The notes beneath the pieces were generated by a model. That model was given only the letters and a program-made list of their open reading frames with translations, was not told the origin of the DNA and did no database searches. Position numbers and translations under genes: made by a program. Of a DNA stretch of 64,000 nucleotides, positions 28,349-39,600 are shown piece by piece; position 1 is the stretch's first letter; each line of letters starts with the position of its first letter. Where the stretch lies: positions 64,001-128,000 of IMG/VR virus record IMGVR_UViG_3300009037_000003. One strand, written 5' to 3'. This DNA comes from a virus. Lineage: Duplodnaviria > Caudoviricetes.

Positions 28349-31300
28349 TTAGTACCCATGCACGTACAGATTATTGTAAGTGCTGTGCGTTAATGTGCTC
28401 GCATCCATATAAAGGTTGAGTCCACTACCGTACATATCAGTTATACCGCAAACGAATAATGATGATTCACACGTTTCCTGTCCGAAAAGACCTTCGATGA
28501 AGAAACTACTGGCTCCGGAAGCTTCAATAGGCGCATAACCGCTAATAACCAGAGAAATAGTATTATCAATACCTTGATCGACACGGAGCAGGCATGGCCA
28601 TGAAGTCGTATACGGCGTAAATCCTATTCTAGTTGGATCATCTGGATTGACACTGCAAACGAGATCGATATCGGAATATAACTCTCGTCCATGGGGATTC
28701 TGGCCAACGCCATGACCATAAACAAACAAGTTGCATTCCAAACCGGTAGTTGTATCAGCCTTTAAGAAAACCGGCCAGTTACCAACTAATTCCGGCGTAT
28801 CATCTGATGATTTCAGAAATAGTGACCAGTTTTTGGTTCCACCGGCACTGTATGGATAATCTGCGGCAGACGCATCAATGTATAATTCGATGCTGCTGAA
28901 ATTTTGGGAAATCCCAGGATCGCCGATAAAACCGTTAATTAGTAAATCGCAACTAACATCAGCGAGATTATCTTCTGTTTTTAGATAAAGTATCCAATTG
29001 TCGTAGAAAATAGAATTGATATATAGATCAATACCACTGCTGCATGTATCCATACCAGTACAATATAACGGAGCAGAGTCGGTACATTGTTCTGGACCAT
29101 GAGTATACAAATCAGCAGCATCGGTTGCTAGATCTTTGCCGAGTATCGTCAAATCAAGAGGTGGCTCAAATACGCCAGCCATAGTATATAGCGCTATCGA
29201 GTCTTCTGCAAGTCCATGTGCTCCGACATACAGCGGAAATCCCGAAGAACTGATGTCGTGTCCGGCTACGAACAAAATTGAGTACGCAGCGATAGGACCA
29301 CAAGTAACAAACGGACAAGAACCTTCTATAGGTAACGGTCCCATTGTATACAAGGCAGGACCATATTCTATTCCCGCAAATGTATCGAGTCCAGCAAGAC
29401 CATCAGCTTTGTAAATAAAATCTACGATATTAGGTGTTCTGGATGAGCGTCCTATATATGAAGTAGTAATTATTTCAGAAGTTCTGATATATAAGTCGGC
29501 GTGATTATTCGACGACGTTGGTCCGCTAATAAACAGCGATACTTCATCGCAGCTGGTTCCACCATCAATACCAGCCGTGGTGCCAGATTCGTCGCCAGTA
29601 GTAGTTATGCTGAAAATTCCACTACCAGTAGAACCCCCAAAAAACAGGCCGCTACCACTAAAAACGAAATCGTCAGTATAATCGATATTGGGGTATCTTA
29701 TGGGGAATAGCTTATATGTATACGTCTTGGTCGGCGATGCCGATCTGCGTTGGTCTTTCTCCGGATGATTGTCGTGACTAATCCATCTGATTGTTGAATT
29801 ATATGTGTTAGCCCATCCGTACGGCTCGATGACCCCACTTTGGGGATCGTGGAAAATTTGTTGCGCAGCCGGTGGCCTGTCTGCCTGATCTGGATAAGTT
29901 ATTTGAGCCGGACTAATATCACATATATAAAATCCAGAAGGTGGAACTTCTTCAAGCAAATACGCCGACGCATCTTCGCCGTAGCCGCCAATCCCAACTT
30001 CGAGCGTTACCAGCAATCCAGACGTAATATTGCAGGGTGTAGCATCAGAATCGAATTGTACCGGAGGGTAAACGAATGGACTAATTGTCCGATTAACGTA
30101 TGTCGGAAGTGGCGTTACAGTTGGACCATACTCTTCAAGTGGACGGTTATATACTGCGACTATGTCATATAAGAGTTGTAATTCGTCGTTAGTAAATTTT
30201 GATGTATCAGTCCATAGAGCAGCTTCTGAGAAGCCGACACTAACGGCATTTACTCCGGAATCGGCATTATTGGCCGTTAAACGGACACCAACACCTCTTT
30301 CCGAATAGAGGTTGTACGGATTAGAAGTGCTATAGACAGAACTGGCAGGTGGTCCAGTAATACCTGATCCTACGAACGTCCACGGTTGTCCGTTGACGCT
30401 TAAATACACATCCATGTGATCAGGAATATTGTTGCCGCTCGGTACGAATTCTGAACGAATTACGAAAAATGCTACGTCATCGCGATTCACACTGAGTGTC
30501 GGCCACTTTTGAATCCACGTATGATATTCCGCGTCGACGTCCGGATTCCAGGTCCACGAACTACTTGTTGGAGTTCCATAGTGTGTCGTACCACCCCACC
30601 ATAGACCAGTAGAGTCAATTTTATCGTAAGGGATATCTCTGACCGAAGTTATGACAGATAGGTCGTCTCCGTCTCCTATCTCAATACCGACAGTATGTAT
30701 CGGACTACTGTAGCCATTGACTCCGACTCCACTGGCAAATCTCTGCGAACGATAGAACCATCCAAATTCCGCTTTAACGCCCGTACCGTCCTGAACCGGA
30801 GTATTACATCCGGACATCCAGAATGCTGCTGTTATACTGCCAGAACCAGCGAACGAGTAATCCTTCAGTTCGGAATACGGGTATTCGTCGTCTACGACTA
30901 ACCCAAGAATATTTTGTTGGTAAACTTGAGTCCCTGTGAGCGATGAGCCGTATTTATTCGAAGCATATCCTTTGCCAAGACTGTTGTATGCGGGTAGCGT
31001 ACCGTCACCGACAGTGCCGGTAGCGGAACAGTCTCCTATAAGTGGCGTATTGGTGAAATATGACGATACATACCATCCGATACCCCTGACCCATTCTGCC
31101 GTGGCATCGCTACCATCATAATCCTGTAGGTAGAACACGGCGTCGGATTCTCTTATGAGGTTCGGACCTGTGTCCAACGCGCTCCATAAAACAAGAGACA
31201 GTGTATTCGAAAAGACACCACCGGCGTTCAGAAACAGATCGCCCGACCCGACTACGTTTTGGTGTCCTACCGTGACGTAGTCGCACGACAGAGCAAGGTT

Positions 31301-33688
31301 ATCATAACCATGGGTGAATAGGTCCGCTGGTTGTGAGTGCGGAATAATGCCGCTTCCGGAGGTATAGCACGGTGCGTCTCCGATACATTCATCGATACCG
31401 TGGACGAAAAGATAAACTAAGTCATCGTGGTCGTTCGGGATACCGTCTATGAATAGCGAGCATACAGAATGCGGTGTTTGAGTCCCATCTATATACAAAT
31501 TGCCACTTGCTTCGACAATCTGATAGCCTGCGATAAACAACCCAGCACTATTGGAAGCCGAAGCGACAAGTCTATTGTAGTCGTCCCAATACCCTATCGC
31601 TGCAAAATATGTGCCAGTATTGGCTCTTGAATGATAGGTTTGGATACCTTCATTAATAACATTGACATGTGTTCGGAATCCGCACGTTCCGGCATATGTC
31701 CCACCACCTGGGTTTGTTTCTCCGCATCGTTGATATCTAGAGACCGCGCTGCCAGACGCACGAACACCTAACTGATTATAATCGCTAGGGTATGTACTCG
31801 CAACAATCATTTCGGCTGTAGCATCCGATGCCGGAATACTCGTAGATGCTAAGCTCGTATCATTGAATGCGGATGTCCCAGTAGGAGGCGTTATTACTTG
31901 ATTGAGTTCTGTATAGTTGCCTGGTGGGCTATCCCAGTAACCAACGACAATAAAGTCCATCCAGTAGTCATCGCCGGTATAGACCTCGATGGCGGCGTCG
32001 TCGTTGCTAGTGCGAACCTGCATGGTGTTATAAGTAGCACCTTCAAAAGTCGCACCATAGTTATGTATTAAGGATCCTATGTCGATTAATCGTGAGATCG
32101 ACGACCCTTCGGCGCGTACTCCACCAGAGCACGGCAGAGATTGGCCAGAGTGTGCTATAACTATTTCCGCAATCTTGCCTGGCGGAACCCCATATGTATC
32201 CAGCGCCTTGCGAGTCCATCCGCTGCTTTCTCCAGCCTTAAAGGTATCCATCAGGCATGTGTACTTTGCACCAACCCAGTACCCGAGAATGTTGAAACCC
32301 ATCAGGGTGCTGTGATTACTGTATGTCCCCAACTTGCCTTCTGTGTCAAGCGGTACGTGCAAGGAAACAAATTCAAAATCGTTTGTAGTATTCGCACTCT
32401 CGTGTATTCGAAACGATCTTTCTAGCGACGATCCGTTTTCTCTTAAGCCGCCGACCAAAGATCCTGTTGCGTATTGATTACGGATGAGAATGTCTAGAAC
32501 GACGCCCTCGTTCAGTAGATATTGTTCAAAATACGAAGACCAATTCGTCGTATTCCATGAACCAGTCGGAACAGTCAATTCTGAAGCATATGAAGCGGGT
32601 ACTATAGTTTCTTGATAAAAGACCTTTTCCGGCTTTCCGGTAACAATGCAGTCAAGAAAACCAACATGTATGCCACTCGCGGATTGCAGGAAGTCATCCC
32701 AATAGTGTGTAGCTATAAAATATGGGACATCGCTTACATCGCCTGCGTATGCCTGATAGTAACCGTCGACCACCGGTACGTGCATACTAGCCCAGGTCGG
32801 ACCATCACCTTTATTCGGTGCCCGTTCTAGATCAATAACTCGATTGTCTAGGGTACCAGTCTGTCTTACTCCTATCGTTTGGTTATCGTCAGACGTTTGT
32901 GCTAGCAAGAATCCGGCGACGCAATCGGATGGAAGTCCAACAATAGTTTTCGATTGCCACTGCCCATCGGTGGACGGAACGACTCCGGTTAAGTTACAAT
33001 GTGTAAGTTGCCCAGGAGCGTCATCTTTCTCAAAATAACCAAGCAGGTATGCCGTACCGCTTACGCCAGTTTCAAAATATACTTTTCCAGAAGGAGCGGC
33101 TCCAGTAGTGCCTATCATGCGAGATAGACACATCCCGCCACCACCAACCGCTACGCCTATTCCCCTCGCTGTTCTTTCGCTTTCTGTAATCGCTAGAATA
33201 TCTAGTTTATGGTATGTATCTATGTGCTCGGCGGTCATGGTGACGTCCGCAATCGCACTAGCCGGAACCGCCACGGGCAATGCCGTATCGAACCATTTAT
33301 CTTCGGAAGCGCCAGCACCAAATGTGGTCAAGGCTTCCTTATATTCGCAACCAACCCAATAGCCAAGTACTCTGTACTGAACATATCCATTTCTGTCTGC
33401 ATAATACTCTATATCGCCATCACTGTCGACTTGGACATGCGTCGTATAACATGTTTCCCCGTCTGTAGCTTTGACTATCGTAATGCGTCTATCTATCGTA
33501 CTATCAACAGCTCTAACACCGCCAGATAGTTCGTGAAGGTTATCTGTATTTATAATTGCTATTTCTGCTACAGCGCATGGCGGAATATGATTGATAGCAC
33601 AGATGTGATACTTAGCCCATGTCTGGTCTCCGTGCGAGGAGTTATATACGAACTGACTGTATGTCTGTACGTAATATCTGGTAATCAT
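28349..33688 (-). CDS. Giant repeat-rich tail fibre-like protein (1779 aa)
   Basis: Six roughly 110-aa N-terminal repeats ending (G/H)Y(W/F); two arrays of L(F/Y)xxG repeats; directly follows the tape measure. Confidence 0.6.
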   Translation of the reverse strand: MITRYYVQTYSQFVYNSSHGDQTWAKYHICAINHIPPCAVAEIAIINTDNLHELSGGVRAVDSTIDRRITIVKATDGETCYTTHVQVDSDGDIEYYADRNGYVQYRVLGYWVGCEYKEALTTFGAGASEDKWFDTALPVAVPASAIADVTMTAEHIDTYHKLDILAITESERTARGIGVAVGGGGMCLSRMIGTTGAAPSGKVYFETGVSGTAYLLGYFEKDDAPGQLTHCNLTGVVPSTDGQWQSKTIVGLPSDCVAGFLLAQTSDDNQTIGVRQTGTLDNRVIDLERAPNKGDGPTWASMHVPVVDGYYQAYAGDVSDVPYFIATHYWDDFLQSASGIHVGFLDCIVTGKPEKVFYQETIVPASYASELTVPTGSWNTTNWSSYFEQYLLNEGVVLDILIRNQYATGSLVGGLRENGSSLERSFRIHESANTTNDFEFVSLHVPLDTEGKLGTYSNHSTLMGFNILGYWVGAKYTCLMDTFKAGESSGWTRKALDTYGVPPGKIAEIVIAHSGQSLPCSGGVRAEGSSISRLIDIGSLIHNYGATFEGATYNTMQVRTSNDDAAIEVYTGDDYWMDFIVVGYWDSPPGNYTELNQVITPPTGTSAFNDTSLASTSIPASDATAEMIVASTYPSDYNQLGVRASGSAVSRYQRCGETNPGGGTYAGTCGFRTHVNVINEGIQTYHSRANTGTYFAAIGYWDDYNRLVASASNSAGLFIAGYQIVEASGNLYIDGTQTPHSVCSLFIDGIPNDHDDLVYLFVHGIDECIGDAPCYTSGSGIIPHSQPADLFTHGYDNLALSCDYVTVGHQNVVGSGDLFLNAGGVFSNTLSLVLWSALDTGPNLIRESDAVFYLQDYDGSDATAEWVRGIGWYVSSYFTNTPLIGDCSATGTVGDGTLPAYNSLGKGYASNKYGSSLTGTQVYQQNILGLVVDDEYPYSELKDYSFAGSGSITAAFWMSGCNTPVQDGTGVKAEFGWFYRSQRFASGVGVNGYSSPIHTVGIEIGDGDDLSVITSVRDIPYDKIDSTGLWWGGTTHYGTPTSSSWTWNPDVDAEYHTWIQKWPTLSVNRDDVAFFVIRSEFVPSGNNIPDHMDVYLSVNGQPWTFVGSGITGPPASSVYSTSNPYNLYSERGVGVRLTANNADSGVNAVSVGFSEAALWTDTSKFTNDELQLLYDIVAVYNRPLEEYGPTVTPLPTYVNRTISPFVYPPVQFDSDATPCNITSGLLVTLEVGIGGYGEDASAYLLEEVPPSGFYICDISPAQITYPDQADRPPAAQQIFHDPQSGVIEPYGWANTYNSTIRWISHDNHPEKDQRRSASPTKTYTYKLFPIRYPNIDYTDDFVFSGSGLFFGGSTGSGIFSITTTGDESGTTAGIDGGTSCDEVSLFISGPTSSNNHADLYIRTSEIITTSYIGRSSRTPNIVDFIYKADGLAGLDTFAGIEYGPALYTMGPLPIEGSCPFVTCGPIAAYSILFVAGHDISSSGFPLYVGAHGLAEDSIALYTMAGVFEPPLDLTILGKDLATDAADLYTHGPEQCTDSAPLYCTGMDTCSSGIDLYINSIFYDNWILYLKTEDNLADVSCDLLINGFIGDPGISQNFSSIELYIDASAADYPYSAGGTKNWSLFLKSSDDTPELVGNWPVFLKADTTTGLECNLFVYGHGVGQNPHGRELYSDIDLVCSVNPDDPTRIGFTPYTTSWPCLLRVDQGIDNTISLVISGYAPIEASGASSFFIEGLFGQETCESSLFVCGITDMYGSGLNLYMDASTLTHSTYNNLYVHGY

Positions 33689-33696
33689 ACAATCAC

Positions 33697-36600
33697 CTAT
33701 GACACAGTGCTTTCAAACGTATTGGCAAGCTCCGAATTACTAGATGCTCTTGCCAATTTCTGCAAAACTTCATTGATTTGCGCTTTGGCAATTCTTGTCG
33801 CTATGCTTTCGAACTCGGCAGTAAATTCTTTAGCTGCTGCCCCAACTCCTTGAACATCGACTTTGATCGTGCTAATCGTTTCGAGATCTATTCCGAGACC
33901 TTCTTCAAGAGCTCCTGCTATCCGAGTCATCCCGTCGTTCAATCCAAGCATTGCAGTTTGTGATTGACTGGACACAGTTGTATTTTCAGCGATAATGGCA
34001 GTATTTTCGGATAAGCCAGGAATTTCGGGAACTATTGGTGGTGCTTGAACTGCCAAAGTAGCCGTTTGGGTCTCGACAGCACGAGCAACGGCATCCATTC
34101 TGTCGCCAAGGCTATTTACCGCAATTGTTGTTTCGGTAACAGCTTCTCTAACGCCTTCACCTCCGGAAACTACATTACTTGTTTCCTGCAATTCGGGCGC
34201 AACTTGTCTTTGTACGTCTATAACGGTTTGCATCTGGTATGCGGCTTCTGCTAATCTTTGACTGGCTGCTAAAACATCAGAACCACCACTCTGAATGTCA
34301 GTTGATGCCGTTAATATTCTGTCAGCCGACGATGATGTTAGCGATGCTGCGGTTGCTGTTTCTATTGCAGCCTGCTGTATTTGAGATGCCGAAACCACTT
34401 CGTCATCCAACGGCTGATATACAGGAGTAGGAGATGGTAAAACTTGTTCGGTTGGAATCGATGACAGATTTTGTAAGTATTGTTTTAAAGCAGGCGATAA
34501 CTGATCGGATATCAATTCTGGCTTATCCGCAACTTCTGGTCTTGCTATTAACGTTTCGAGACTTTCGCGGAGATCTGTTACGGTCCGTTGTAGTATACCT
34601 ATATTTTCTACTTCCTTCGCACCTAATTCAGTAGATTGTAGCTTCAACCGTTCCAACGCTTGATTAACAATCTCTGTGGAATCTAGACCGCTGTCCTGAA
34701 TCTGTTTGGCTAGCTCTGACCCTGATCCATCAAAATTACGAAAACGATCAGCTATCGCCATAAGTGCGGCGCTATCGCCGGTAAGCGACGCATCAGCCTG
34801 CCCCGCTTTCTCTATCGCAAGTTGATTAGCAGCAGACGATAAGGCCGCAATAACTTTGTCCATACTAGCCCCGAATAGAGCCGATTGCAAGTGTTCAGTT
34901 TCGAGTTGTTGTGTCTGTGGCGATTTCTCGACTGGGAGTTGTGATTCGACCCTGGTCCCACTACCACTTAACACCTTTGCGCCAGCTAACAGATGCTCGA
35001 CAGTTAGAGCTTCGGTAAATATGTGTACAGCATCAGCACTTTTTCTTAGGGCTTCCGCAAAAATATCAGCCGGTTCCTTATATACCTGAGCAACCTCTAT
35101 TGCTGCACCAGCTTCGATAAATTGTCTTTGCCGCTGGATGTATTCAGACATCTCCTTACTGCTCTGATCTAGGTTCGCAACAAATTTCTGAAGACCTACT
35201 GGTTCTGTTGGTATCTGCCATGGAGTAAAAAATGTCTCGCCAGTTTCTTGAGCCAACTTCCGTTTCTCTAATAATTCAGTTAATGCTTGCGGAGCTTGCT
35301 GAGCGGCTTTTTCTAGTTGGGTTAGAGCTATTTGCAAATTTACCACCTCAACAGCTGCCCGCTTATATGCCTGGAATAGCTCTATCGTGACCCCTTCCCC
35401 GGTCTGCTGTGCTTCTGATACACTACGAACAAGCTCGGCATATCTTGCATAACTGTCTTTGTATTTATCCATCGTACGGCCAACCAGATCGCTGCCGTCG
35501 GCGATATTGATCAGGGCGCTGGTGACTTCTCCCGTACTGCTAGCGTAATCTACCGGCAATTGATGCTGGATGCCGGATAGATCCAATGCTTGTCCGAGAC
35601 TATGAACAAGTGTGTCTTTTAATTGCGTAGTACCAACATCAACATTGCCAAGCAACTCTTCGCCAGACAGGGAAAGGTTAAGTTGCTGAACCTGTGCATC
35701 AAGCCACGTTTTAAAAACATTCACGGCGGCTTCGTAGAACGGTTGTTGTTTCCCCAATACGGATTCAAAGGCGTGCTGGACCTCTTCTGCTGTGGGTAAA
35801 ACGCCAGCCTGTTCTGATAGCATCACATTCAGTTGTCCTCCAAGATTTTGTGCTGCCGTCCTGAATGCGTCCACGGCGTCTGGAGGTAGTTGTTGTGGAT
35901 ATTCGCTGATAAACTGATCTATATACTCGTTAATGATATCGAATGGATCTACTTTCTGATCAACAATCCTAGATCTGAGTGAATCAGCCTGCGCTTTGCT
36001 TGCGATAATCGATTGCATGAAAGTTTGTAGGGCTTTGCCAACACTGGCCATATCGGTCGTAAAACCTTCTAGCTCGCTGAATTGGCTCAAATCTATTAGA
36101 TCACCAGTTTTCCCTTCTCTGAATATTTGCTCAACAGCTTTGGTAGTAAATTCTCCTTCTGGCTTAACAATTCCTACGCTCCTGCCAACATTTTGGCTCA
36201 ATTGATCAAACAAGGTCACATTCATTTCTATCGATTTTGCTGCTCTACCAACTGCTTCGCTCAGTAAGCCAAGTTGACTGCTCAGCTCGGCTGGTGTATA
36301 GAATTCTTCAAAACTTTTTGCTACTTTTTCTATAGCTTTAGTTAATTGGAGCGACTGCTTATCTATTTTGATATTAGCAAACGATTGCGACACCTTTTCC
36401 AGGCCGCCGAGTTGTTTAATCATAGCCTGTCTCAATGCCGCCGCAGCTTCGGCGCTAGCACCCGACTCTTTCATGAAGACTTCGTCCAACGAGCTTTCGA
36501 TGTTAGCGCTACCGAATTCTTCTATGGCTTTTCGAAGAATATTATTCAGCAATTGAGGATTAGCCCCAACTATATCGTCGATGATCTGAGTCGCTTGCGT

Positions 36601-38721
36601 ATCGCTTATTGTGACCAATCCTTCGCCTTTAAAAAGGTTTGCTACCCGTTCATAGCTAGAAGCGAAAAATCCACTTAAGCCGTCTTCGTATCTTTTTGCC
36701 GTTTCTGTGATTCCAGACAAAGTATCGCGACCTAGCTGACCAGCCGTTTTCTCCAGATCACCCGTTGTCTCTATCGGTTCAATTGATGCTTCGGATACTT
36801 TCTTGGTGACTGCCTTGATTATACCCTGGACATCTGAATCGACTGCCTGAACAGAGGCATATGTCAGCGCGCCGAGAGCCACTACGGCGGCTGTTGCCGC
36901 TGCGCCAACTGGACCTAGCGCCGCGACAAGCCCCCCTATCGCACCAGTAACACTTTGGCCTGTCAGCAAAGACGTGACAAGCAACATAGTTCCAACCGCT
37001 TTAACGAACTCGGAAGCTAGAAGACCCGACGATCTTCCTGTCTCGGCGAATGATTCGGATAAAGAAGATGCTGCCGTAATGATACCGGCAACAACAGCTA
37101 GTTGCCCCAATTGAGATGTTGCCAGTGTTTTAGCTCCTTGGGCGAGCTTAGCACCGGCTCCTGCAGCTACTGCTGTGGTTGCACCAGATGCGCCAGCGGC
37201 CTGGGTTAAACCAGTTTTTGCCGTAGCGCCTGCAACACCACCGCTACCTATAGCTGCCTGGAATGACGGGAGTATACCAAAACTTACCTTCGATAATCCG
37301 CCAATTGCAGCACCAACCCCAGATATGCTCAATGCTAGAATCTTGAATAAACCAGCATAACCGACTAATGTAGCCATTACTGGAAGTACTGGCCTGATTG
37401 CGTCCAGTATCGTTACAAACGCATGACCAGCTTCTGTCGCATGTTTGATTAGTGGAATGAAAAATGGTTGCGCTAATTCTTGAACCAACCTGCCGAACTC
37501 TGCTCCTAGAATACTCAATTGAGCGTACAGACTCTTCAATCCCTCTTGAGCAACCTTATCGAACTCTCCGCTTGACGAAGCGGCTGCCCGCAGTGTCTCA
37601 TCCAGTAACTTGGTGTTGTTTACCAATGCAAGCAGACGGCTAACTTGTCGTTGCCCGCCAAGCTTGTTGGCTATTTCCATCTTTTCTTGCACTCCGGTTA
37701 TGTTTGCAAGCCCTGCGGCGATTTGTTTGAAAGCGGAAACCGGATCACCTGCCTGAATCGCTTCTCCTATCCTAATCCCCTTCCCTGCCAAAAACTCTAC
37801 TATCTTTGGGTCGGCCAATCTAGCAGAAATCGTCTTCAGGAACGTACCAATTGATTCCGCTCCTTCTCTGGTAACGTGTCTAATTGTCGTAAATATAGCG
37901 GCAAATTCTTCGTAAGAACCGCCAATGGCCGCAAAAGCAGCACCGCCACGAGCAACACCCTGGGCAATATCTTGTGATTCAACAGCAAACTTATTCGACA
38001 ATACTGTCATTACATCTAGAACTTTAGTAGCAGTAAGTCCTTCGCTGCTAAACTGGTTGAGCGCCGCGATCGTCCCCTCTATAGCGACATCCATCGACTC
38101 GAATGTCGGAGCTAGAGGAATTTTCGAAAGAATAGAAACAGTCTCGTCCAATTGTTTGCCAGTATAACCGGCCTGAGCCATTACCTTAGCGACTCTTGAT
38201 ATCTCAGATGTTGCCGTTCCTGTCGCAACAGAGAGGTCGAGAATATTTGTGCGGATTTCATTAATCCGTTGATCCGTTTCTCCTGTAATCTGTTTTAACT
38301 GAACCATCGAATGGTCCAACTCGATAACAGAGTTGGTCGCTTGAGATAACCCCTTCAGAGCTAGTAGTGGACCTATCGTGGCAGAAGTATATGCAGCGTA
38401 CCTTTTGAACGCCAACTGCATGGAATCTCCGAAGTCTTTAGCCCGAACAGTAGCCCTACCCATCGTTTGCGAAGTATTCTGAACCGTAGATGCTGTAATT
38501 TTTTGAGCAGCATTAAGCTGGTTTGTAGCAGCCATCAAGCTCTGTACAGCAGCAGCAGCACCTGTCGCCGCCGTCGCCTGAGCTTTTATTGCGCCAGCGG
38601 CACTTCCGCCTCCAGTTTGAGCCGGTTGTAATGTATTTTGCACCTGAGAAAGAGCGGCACCAACTTTCTGTAAGCCGAGGATATCTTGTATTCTCAGGTT
38701 GACATCTAATACAAACGCCAT
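33697..38721 (-). CDS. Tail tape measure protein (TP901-type core)
   Basis: 1674 aa, Ala-rich and helical; AQAG, VLDVMTVLSNKFAV, TREGAESIGTFLKTISARL, GG.RQ.SR; central hydrophobic region. Confidence 0.92.
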   Translation of the reverse strand: MAFVLDVNLRIQDILGLQKVGAALSQVQNTLQPAQTGGGSAAGAIKAQATAATGAAAAVQSLMAATNQLNAAQKITASTVQNTSQTMGRATVRAKDFGDSMQLAFKRYAAYTSATIGPLLALKGLSQATNSVIELDHSMVQLKQITGETDQRINEIRTNILDLSVATGTATSEISRVAKVMAQAGYTGKQLDETVSILSKIPLAPTFESMDVAIEGTIAALNQFSSEGLTATKVLDVMTVLSNKFAVESQDIAQGVARGGAAFAAIGGSYEEFAAIFTTIRHVTREGAESIGTFLKTISARLADPKIVEFLAGKGIRIGEAIQAGDPVSAFKQIAAGLANITGVQEKMEIANKLGGQRQVSRLLALVNNTKLLDETLRAAASSSGEFDKVAQEGLKSLYAQLSILGAEFGRLVQELAQPFFIPLIKHATEAGHAFVTILDAIRPVLPVMATLVGYAGLFKILALSISGVGAAIGGLSKVSFGILPSFQAAIGSGGVAGATAKTGLTQAAGASGATTAVAAGAGAKLAQGAKTLATSQLGQLAVVAGIITAASSLSESFAETGRSSGLLASEFVKAVGTMLLVTSLLTGQSVTGAIGGLVAALGPVGAAATAAVVALGALTYASVQAVDSDVQGIIKAVTKKVSEASIEPIETTGDLEKTAGQLGRDTLSGITETAKRYEDGLSGFFASSYERVANLFKGEGLVTISDTQATQIIDDIVGANPQLLNNILRKAIEEFGSANIESSLDEVFMKESGASAEAAAALRQAMIKQLGGLEKVSQSFANIKIDKQSLQLTKAIEKVAKSFEEFYTPAELSSQLGLLSEAVGRAAKSIEMNVTLFDQLSQNVGRSVGIVKPEGEFTTKAVEQIFREGKTGDLIDLSQFSELEGFTTDMASVGKALQTFMQSIIASKAQADSLRSRIVDQKVDPFDIINEYIDQFISEYPQQLPPDAVDAFRTAAQNLGGQLNVMLSEQAGVLPTAEEVQHAFESVLGKQQPFYEAAVNVFKTWLDAQVQQLNLSLSGEELLGNVDVGTTQLKDTLVHSLGQALDLSGIQHQLPVDYASSTGEVTSALINIADGSDLVGRTMDKYKDSYARYAELVRSVSEAQQTGEGVTIELFQAYKRAAVEVVNLQIALTQLEKAAQQAPQALTELLEKRKLAQETGETFFTPWQIPTEPVGLQKFVANLDQSSKEMSEYIQRQRQFIEAGAAIEVAQVYKEPADIFAEALRKSADAVHIFTEALTVEHLLAGAKVLSGSGTRVESQLPVEKSPQTQQLETEHLQSALFGASMDKVIAALSSAANQLAIEKAGQADASLTGDSAALMAIADRFRNFDGSGSELAKQIQDSGLDSTEIVNQALERLKLQSTELGAKEVENIGILQRTVTDLRESLETLIARPEVADKPELISDQLSPALKQYLQNLSSIPTEQVLPSPTPVYQPLDDEVVSASQIQQAAIETATAASLTSSSADRILTASTDIQSGGSDVLAASQRLAEAAYQMQTVIDVQRQVAPELQETSNVVSGGEGVREAVTETTIAVNSLGDRMDAVARAVETQTATLAVQAPPIVPEIPGLSENTAIIAENTTVSSQSQTAMLGLNDGMTRIAGALEEGLGIDLETISTIKVDVQGVGAAAKEFTAEFESIATRIAKAQINEVLQKLARASSNSELANTFESTVS

Positions 38722-38724
38722 AGT

Positions 38725-39600
38725 TTAACCCTTCATCTTTTTCTTCGGTTTCTTATGGGTTAAGCCAATTGATCCCACCACAACTTCACGACCGGTCTCA
38801 TCATCAATAAAAGGTTTTGATTCGTTGACGATAAGATTGCCGGACTCATCTATCTTTCGTCCGAAAATATCAACTTTATTACCGTCCTTGTCAATATAAT
38901 TACCATCCTTATCCATAAGTCTACCACTCAGGTCTGTGTATTCGTTATCCTTGTTGACATATCTTCCTTCGTCATTTATTACCCCGGCATCCTTCATCCA
39001 TTGCAGTTCGAACATTTTTGCGTGTAAATCAGACTCTAATCCATATACTAAACCAGCCAGCGCCTTTGCCCCGTCAACAACAGCTACTTCGTCTTGACGG
39101 TCGACGTAATCTGCATGACTTTTAAGGAACTGATGATTGTTTTCCGTAACAAGACACTTGATTAGCAAAGATTCGAACCTCGCATTCTCTGCCTGTGATT
39201 CTATCGTAGCGGAATCAAATTGTTGCCGTTTAGCATACTTTTGCATTATCTCTCGTCGACATGCAGCCATCTGGAGGGCAAGGGCTTTGCCCTCAGATAA
39301 TTTTATGCCACCACGCTTGAGCGTTAGTTCGCTCGCTTTTAACTTTACGGACAGTTGCTCGATCTCCATCTGGTCATTCAGTGTCCATATGCCCATACGT
39401 GTAAGATAGTCTTCTAGCTCGGCTCGCATTAATAGTCTGTGCTGACCATTTTGCGCTCCCATGCGGACTAGTTCTGATACCTTCAGGTTATAAACCATGT
39501 TGGCATCTTGCATCATCTTGTTCGTAGGACGTAATACGATTAAGGTGATAGGTTTCCCATCCTTATCCAGAGTTGACACAAGTACCTTATTGTCGGCCAT
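38725..39600 (-). CDS. Putative tail assembly chaperone
   Basis: Directly upstream of the tape measure; start MADNK after AGGAG; DxxG heptad repeats at the C-terminus. Confidence 0.55.
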   Translation of the reverse strand: MADNKVLVSTLDKDGKPITLIVLRPTNKMMQDANMVYNLKVSELVRMGAQNGQHRLLMRAELEDYLTRMGIWTLNDQMEIEQLSVKLKASELTLKRGGIKLSEGKALALQMAACRREIMQKYAKRQQFDSATIESQAENARFESLLIKCLVTENNHQFLKSHADYVDRQDEVAVVDGAKALAGLVYGLESDLHAKMFELQWMKDAGVINDEGRYVNKDNEYTDLSGRLMDKDGNYIDKDGNKVDIFGRKIDESGNLIVNESKPFIDDETGREVVVGSIGLTHKKPKKKMKG

